Positions 56,800-64,000 of a DNA stretch of 64,000 nt are shown piece by piece. How positions within the stretch are numbered: the first letter of the stretch is position 1; every line of letters starts with the position of its first letter. Origin of the DNA: the human T2T-CHM13v2.0 reference genome, Homo sapiens; NCBI RefSeq assembly GCF_009914755.1, contig NC_060939.1; one strand, written 5' to 3'. The position numbers and the translations under genes are program-made. The notes beneath the pieces are model-generated. The model ran no database searches. It was not told where the DNA came from and worked only from the letters and a program-made list of their open reading frames with translations.

Positions 56800-59630
56800 C
56801 TTTATCACAAAGTCTCTAATAACAGCGAAGATGGTAGATGAAATGGAAAACAAAGTTATCACACAAAGAACCAAAAATTTGAAAGACAGCTTAGAAAGAG
56901 GTTAATAAAATAACCAAACCTATGGGAAAATCAGTCAAGAGAAAAATCAAGGAAGAACACACAGAAAATGCTAGAAATGAAAAAGCGCTCTAACTGCAGA
57001 TATAGCATAGATTAAAATTTAATAAGGGAGTATAGTTAGTACTTAATGGCAGTAAAAAATTATGTTACCAAGTTTATAAGAATAGATATTAATACATTTC
57101 TAGAAAAAAATTATAAATTTCCAGGTTTATAAGTAACAAAGTTGGAATATTCCTATAACCATAATTAGGTAACCATAACTAGAGGAGCGAATATGTAAGA
57201 TAAAGTAGCTTCACATTTTGGAGTTCTTTGCAGCAGTTAGAATGCCTAGATATGCATAAAAACACCTAAATATATGTGAAAAACAAGGCTGAGAAGAAAA
57301 GAATTAGAGAAATATATTATGCAATATCATTTAAAAAATTAAAATACATGCTGAAACATATGCTACAATAACACAAACCAAAAGATTCACATCAAACAAA
57401 TTAGAATATTTGCCTGTGAAGAGAGAATGGGGAATGGGGAAAGGGAGGGAAAGAAGAAGAGAGGAAAAAGGAAAGGAGGAAGGAAAAAAGGAAGATAGAA
57501 AGCAAGGGAGGGAGGAAGAGAAAAAGGAGAGAGAAAGGGACAGAAGAAAGCAGGCAGCATGTTCAAAGATCCAAACAATCACTATTGTAAATACATTCAT
57601 TCTCTCCAAATTGATTTGTAGATTTGAGAAAATTCTAATATAAATTCGTATTGGGTTCTTAGTGGAAGTTGACAAGTTGATTCTAAAATTCATGTAGAAG
57701 AACAAAAGGTTAGAGTAGTTGTTATAATCCTAAGGAAGAATAATAAGACAAAAAGACTAACAAAAATCATAACTTATTGCACAGCTTTAATAGTTAAGAG
57801 CATGATCTTGGCACAAGTGTAGCAAATAGATCCATGGAACATAATGTAGAACTCAGAATGGAACTCTGTATAATACAGAACCCCACATATATGGAAACCT
57901 GATATGTGACAGAGGTGGGAGAGGGGGGAACGTACACTGTGCAGTAAATAGTAATGTGGTGAGGCATTTGTTATGGACAGAATTGTGTCCCTCCAGAACT
58001 ATGTTGAAGCTCTAACTCCTCATGTGACTGTATTTAAATAGAGATAGGAGCTATAAGAAGGTAATACAAGTTAAATGAAGTTATAAGGATGGAACTTTGA
58101 TCTGACAAGACTGGTGCCCTTGTAAGAAGAGACAACAGAGATCTCTCTCTCTCTGTGAGCACAAAGAGAAGAGGCCATGTGGAGACACAGGGAGAAAGCA
58201 ACAGTCTACAAGCCAGGAAGAGAGTTCTCACCAGAAACCAACTTGATGGCACCTTGCTCTTAGACTTCTAGCCTCCAGAATGGTGAGAAAATAAATTTTT
58301 GTTGATTACTCCATCCAAAATACCATGTTGTAATATTTTGTTATGGCAGCCAAAGCAGACTTATATATACGTGGTCATCCATTTGAAACAAAAAATTTTT
58401 CTTCCCATGCCACGCATAGAAACCAATTACAGATGTATTAAATGCTTAAGTATGAAAACAAAACTTGAAAACTTTTAGTAGATGAAGCAGAAAAATACTG
58501 TTATGATCTTGATGTCAGGTATGATTCCTTAAACATGATGAAAAAGGTAACCACGGCAGAAAATATATTTTGACTAAATAAAAATTTAAAACTTCTGTTT
58601 ATCAAAGGGCATAATACAGAAAGTAAAAAGACATTTATCACATGGAAAAAAACCAAACAGAATATAGTTTTTTTAAGACTTGTATATCAAATAAAAGACA
58701 AAAAAAAATACCCCGAGGAAAAATAGCCAAAAGACATGAATGCAAAAGAGGAAATATAAACAACCAATAAACATATGAAAAGGTGCTCAGCCTCGTTAGT
58801 ATTCAGAGAAGTACAAATTAAAATCCCAATGACGTACTCTTTCATACACATCAGATTGGCAAGCATTCTAAAGTCTGGCAACCCCAAATGTTGGCAAGGC
58901 TGTAGGACAGGCTGATCTTTCATATATTGCCAGTGGGGATGTACATTTATACAACTACTTTGGAAAACAATTTGGCACGAGGCAATAAAACTGATGGTGG
59001 ACCTACCCCACGGCCCTGCTCTTTCACACATATTTTGTGCCCTAGAGAAAATTCTGCATATGTGCACAAGGAATCAGACAGGAGAATGATCACAGAAGCA
59101 CTGGTCATATTGGTATGAAACCAGGAGGAGCACAATGCCCATACACAGTAGAATGGGTAATAAGCTGGGGTGCAGCTATAGCATAAAATGCTATACAGTG
59201 GTAGAAATGAGTACTACAGTCATGACTATTACCACAGATAAATCCCAAAGTCATATTGAGTGGAAAAAGCAAATAGCAATCACATAAAGTATTCTATTTA
59301 TGTAATTTTAAAAACACATAGATGTAACAAAGCTATTTTAGGGAAACTTACACATGTAACAAAATGCAATAAAACAGGAGGGAATTATAAACATTAGGAG
59401 GAGAGGAACAGAATTCAACTGGGGTTGCCTCAAAGATGTAGGTAACCTATTGTGGTCCTTTTTGTCTGAAGCAGTATGCTACATATGAAGTGTTCACTTT
59501 ATGTTAAATATTATACACAGATACATATACACACAAATGAGAATGTGTATATAAATATGTATATGTTCATTCATATTATACACATTATATTCCTTCTTTT
59601 GTATGTTTGTAGTATTTCATAGTAAAACTG
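56800..59630 (+). mobile_element. L1ME-like fragments split by an MLT1 LTR
   Basis: TTCTCTCCAAATTGATTTGTAGATT; GACAAGTTGATTCTAAAATTCAT; ACCAATAAACATATGAAAAGGTGCTCA. Confidence 0.8.
57969..58367 (+). mobile_element. MLT1A/B-like MaLR LTR
   Basis: TGTTATGGACAGAATTGTGTCCC...GACTTCTAGCCTCCAGAA.GTGAGAAAATAAATT...TTATGGCAGCC. Confidence 0.88.
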
Positions 59631-61286
59631 AAAACAAAGGAAGAAAAACAGAGAGGTAAGCTTCTAGTCAGCATATAAACGGTCTCCAGGGTAAGCTATG
59701 AGAGGTGGTGCTGATTTCTTCTCCAAGCCTGAATTCACCCTAACTTGTGCTTTTACACAAAGATAATTCCAAAAAGGCTGTGGCTGGGGACACGAATGTT
59801 GATGCAGATCCACAAAGACACCCATGCATGCAAGCACACACACAGATTGCATTCATAACTGTCACCTTTCCTTCCTCTTTTCCAGAGACACAAATTAGAC
59901 TAGCAATTTAGCAGGCCACTCTCATTAATGGAAGTGGAGGACCATGGGTATCAAAGATTAGCCTTGAAATGAACCATCTAGATTTCCTCCTTGGCCTGAA
60001 GGAGAAGGAAATGGATCAGGTCTGGGAGGGGAGACTTTGCAGAGCCCAGAAGGTTGTCATGCAGGAGGGAGCTGTCTGAAGAGGCTGGGAATGCTGGCCT
60101 ACGGGGAAGGCATGTGTGGAGTTGACCTTCAGAGAGCAGTATCAGGCGTATCAAATGCACTCACCCTTCTGAGATTCCTTCTTCCCTTTGACATTGCTAA
60201 AAATGGAATCAGCTGCAAACGGTATGTGACTGTGTATGGTAATTTGCGTAAAGCTTGTCAAGTGTAACATTTAGCCAGAAACATGGTATGGTCTGGGATC
60301 GAAATATTATTTTTAAGATGAAGTGGAATAGCATTCTGGCAAGCCAGTGAAACCCCAGAAGACCAGCCAACCCTTTAAAAACTTTGCTTTCTCCCCAGAC
60401 ACCTCTCCAAGCCCTTGCAGAGGCTATGAAGGGCTTTCCAGTAGCTTGCCATGCTGGAGGTAAAAACACATCACTCACTCAGCTGTAGGCAGAGCCCCTG
60501 GGGACTACCTGTTACTAACAGGACCATGTCATTCCCCAAGCAGAGTCTGGTGAAATCCAGAAACTGAATGTCTTTTCAGAGTGATTACAGCTGGTGAAGT
60601 CACCGTGTTCTTTCTACAATTTTTTTTTCTTGTGAATTGAGACCACATGGCAATAGAACAAGTTACATTTAGGCCTTTTACTAAAAGGCAATTTTTGAGG
60701 TGATTTGTCTGCCTTTGGCTCAGAGTTAAGTTTACCTCCGTTAACAAGAACATTTAACTTTAGATGTCTTGAATTGAAGAAACTGGAAAACCCAGGAGTC
60801 CTGCCCATCAGCTGCAATACATTTATATTAATTCTAGAAACTGGAAAGCGTTTAAAGAAAGAAGAGCTCTTTGGGTTTTCTCTTAATCATTCGTGTGTAT
60901 CACCGGATATAATAAAATCATACCACATAGTGTTTTATTTTGCTACAGTGAATGCTAACCTTTAGGAGTGTGCCATGACACGCCTGAGTAATGGAATTAG
61001 CTTGAGTTGAGTCTGGATTTAATGCAAACCTGAGAAATGGTTAGCATGGCCCGGATCTCAAGTTGGCATGAGTTACTTCCCCAACCTCTTTATCGCTTCC
61101 GCTGGTTGTATAGCACAAACATATTAGGGAATGTTTTAAAAATAAGGAAAAGGAGAAAGGAAAAATGAACAAGAGAATGAAGAAAGAGATAGAAGACAAA
61201 GATGAAATGAAGAAAGTAAGAAAAAGGGGAAAAAATAGATGTGAGACTAGTAGGGGAGGAGGGAACAGAGATAAAACATCAGCTTA

Positions 61287-61575
<289 letters not shown>

Positions 61576-61829
61576 TCAGCTTAGTCCCTGAATTGAGCAT
61601 GTTTCTGCAAGCCTCAAGGAGGCTCCCAGGGACACTGCCTCCTCCCTTAAGTAGAAGCCTCAAGTCAAGGGTTTCAATGGAAGTTATTTTTGCTTTTTTC
61701 CCCCTAGAAGGAGCTCTATTAGATTAATGAGTAATTCGAGCAGGGGCCTGACTGTCCTAGCCTGATTAAGATCAAGATCCCAAAAAGCAAGGCGCAGGAC
61801 ATTCTATCCTGAACCCACATGCTCCTGCT

Positions 61830-61843
61830 TGACCCTTTGACCT
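61830..61843 (-). promoter_or_regulatory. Consensus DR2 nuclear-receptor motif AGGTCAaaGGGTCA
   Basis: The + strand reads TGACCC TT TGACCT; motif match only, no functional evidence. Confidence 0.4.
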
Positions 61844-61992
61844 GGTCAGCAATGTTCAGAATGACACAAAGTGGACTGCTCACGCCCGAAGTTTGCAGAA
61901 ACAGAATTAATATCAAAAGTATATGATTCCCCCTCACCGACTTTTGGTTATTTGACTTAAAGGAATGCATACCTGCATACAGGCGCTCGCGT

Positions 61993-62024
<32 letters not shown>
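61993..62024. repeat. (CA)n microsatellite
   Basis: Direct. Confidence 0.95.
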
Positions 62025-62799
62025 GAGTACTTGAACTTAAGGCTTTTCAAGTAATTAAGCACAGGCTGCTTGTACATCATTGTGTCTTTCCACACACAAT
62101 TAACATAAGAGTGTATTCAGGCCACTGGTGACATCCCCTTCATGATCTCTATCACAGGACCATCCCGCTGCATCATCACTTGCTAGTTGACTTCAGAGCC
62201 CCATCTTTTTCTCGTGTCAGTAGCCCTGAATGACAATGTCACTCTTTCTTATGGTTCTGAGGACACTCAGTTAGGGAGTCTGTTATTTATTCGCTGAACA
62301 AAAAGAAAAGCTAATTTCCCAAGCACACAGCAAAGGGGAGCTGGGCCATACCAGCTAAATCCTACTTTTGTATTTGATGAGCTTTATTGGGGATTTGCAT
62401 ACTCAGTAAGGAAAACTGACAGACATGTGCTCTGCACTGTGTTATTATTTCACATCCCATCACTGCTTCTCTTTTGTCCAGTTTGAAGCCCTGGAATATT
62501 CTCTTATTTTTTAAAGTTTTGTCATTTGTCATGGAGGTACAAGATTGGCAATGCCACCAAAATGAAGTGGTCAAAGATAAATGATATTCTTTACAAATGA
62601 CATTGGAAAGAAGAAAAGGCATTCCTGGTTCTATGGCTAATGCTAATAATCTAGCATTTATTTAACATTAGATTATTTATGGTTAGATTATTGGAATAGT
62701 ATTAGATTATTATTTAAACAAGATAACAAAGGGTTGCAATACATAGTTCTATGTATCTCATACTTACTTTGTACCAGTCATTGTTTATCTCTGTTAGTC

Positions 62800-63013
62800 T
62801 TCAATGCAAAACCAGGAGACAAGTATCATTACCTTCATTTTATAGATGTACAACCTGAAGCTTAAAGAAGGGAAGTGACTTGCTAGAGTCATTGGCTAGT
62901 AAGCAGAATAGCAGGGATTCAAACCCCGCTGATGGGCTCTCAAACGATGACCCTTATCTCTGCCTAGCCCATGTCCTGAATTAGACTATATGGATTCAAA
63001 TTCTGGCTCAGCT

Positions 63014-63057
<44 letters not shown>

Positions 63058-63240
63058 TGATGTATGACTGTGAGCTGATCACTAAACCTCTCTGTACTCA
63101 GTTCCCTTATCATAAAATGCAAATAATGATAGGAACTGCCATCATAGAGTTATTGTGAGAATTAAATGGAATGTACAAGTTAAGTGCTCAGAACAGTGCA
63201 CTTAACTGTGCTCATGATAAACCTCCATACATGTAGCTGT
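62800..63240. mobile_element. Two opposed MIRs with (TA)n at 63020-63052
   Basis: CATTTTATAGATG...AAGTGACTTGC...GGGATTCAAACCC on the - strand; CTCAGTTCCCTTATC...GTTATTGTGAGAATTAAATG on the + strand. Confidence 0.8.
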
Positions 63241-64000
63241 CATTTCCAGTGTTTGTAATTGATAGATATAACTGCCCTTTCTTGTATGGCACTTGTTTCC
63301 TTATCCTTGTTTAACAAATCTATGGTACACATGCCTTTTATTGAAAGCCCACTCAGATCTGTTTTGGAAGTAAAATGGGTATAAGTAACAAATGCTTGAA
63401 TGAATTTCTGATTTTCCTCCATTGAAGGGCCTGATGCAGAAGTGCTTCTCCTTCCCCTTGCCCCTGGACCTGAGCCGGAGCTGTCTATCTACATGAGGAC
63501 ACCATCTGGCAACACTGAAATGTTGCCCTCACTGTATGCCATCACCAGGAAGACAAGCAATAGATGATGAGTGAAAATAAAATGTTTAGTTGGAAACTAT
63601 TTGGGAATGGCTTTATGTCCACATATGGACACAGCCTGGCTGGAACTGGGGAGATCTTCCCTTTCTGGTGTCTTTTCAAGGTCTTGAGATGAGCTCTAAC
63701 AAATATCTCAGGCCATCTGGCCTAGTTTTTCATAATTGTGACTCCTAAATGTAAACACGGTCCGAGAGAATATCGGGAACAAAAAAAAGGCTAATGAAAT
63801 TCTTCTAATTTAACGGAGTTGTTCTGAGTCTCATTCAGTTACTTAAACATTTTTTTCTTTCCTTCTCGCAGTCATCAATCCTGGAAAATCTATTACGTAC
63901 AAAGAGTTATGCTGGTGTGGAAAATTCATAGATGAGTATCTTAATAGTGATCATTTCTTTAATCTGTTTATTTAGCACCCCATGAGGAACAGGAAACCCT

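Overview
This window is primate (human/ape-like) genomic DNA, not prokaryotic. It is CpG-depleted and AT-rich, and dense in Alu, L1, L2, MIR, MaLR/ERV LTRs, DNA-transposon fossils and microsatellites. I find no credible host protein-coding exon, RNA gene or CRISPR array. The only ORFs with a recognisable product are L1 ORF2 remnants (6216-6605, 7421-8056); the rest are Alu, low-complexity or chance ORFs. It reads as intergenic or deep-intronic DNA. The best structural finding is a composite L1PA7-like insertion in a MER47A (6157-8906). It shows a twin-priming inversion, a roughly 1 kb internal deletion, a probable 3' transduction and a later Alu insertion. Also notable are an orphan ~420 bp insert with apparent target-site duplications (TSDs) inside an L2, two local spaced duplications (36 bp and ~166 bp), a complete THE1 element, and several repeat-free, CpG-retaining, motif-rich blocks that may be enhancers. 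I cannot support a wholly new biological system from this sequence. Repeat subfamily names were recognised by eye and need RepeatMasker/Dfam confirmation.
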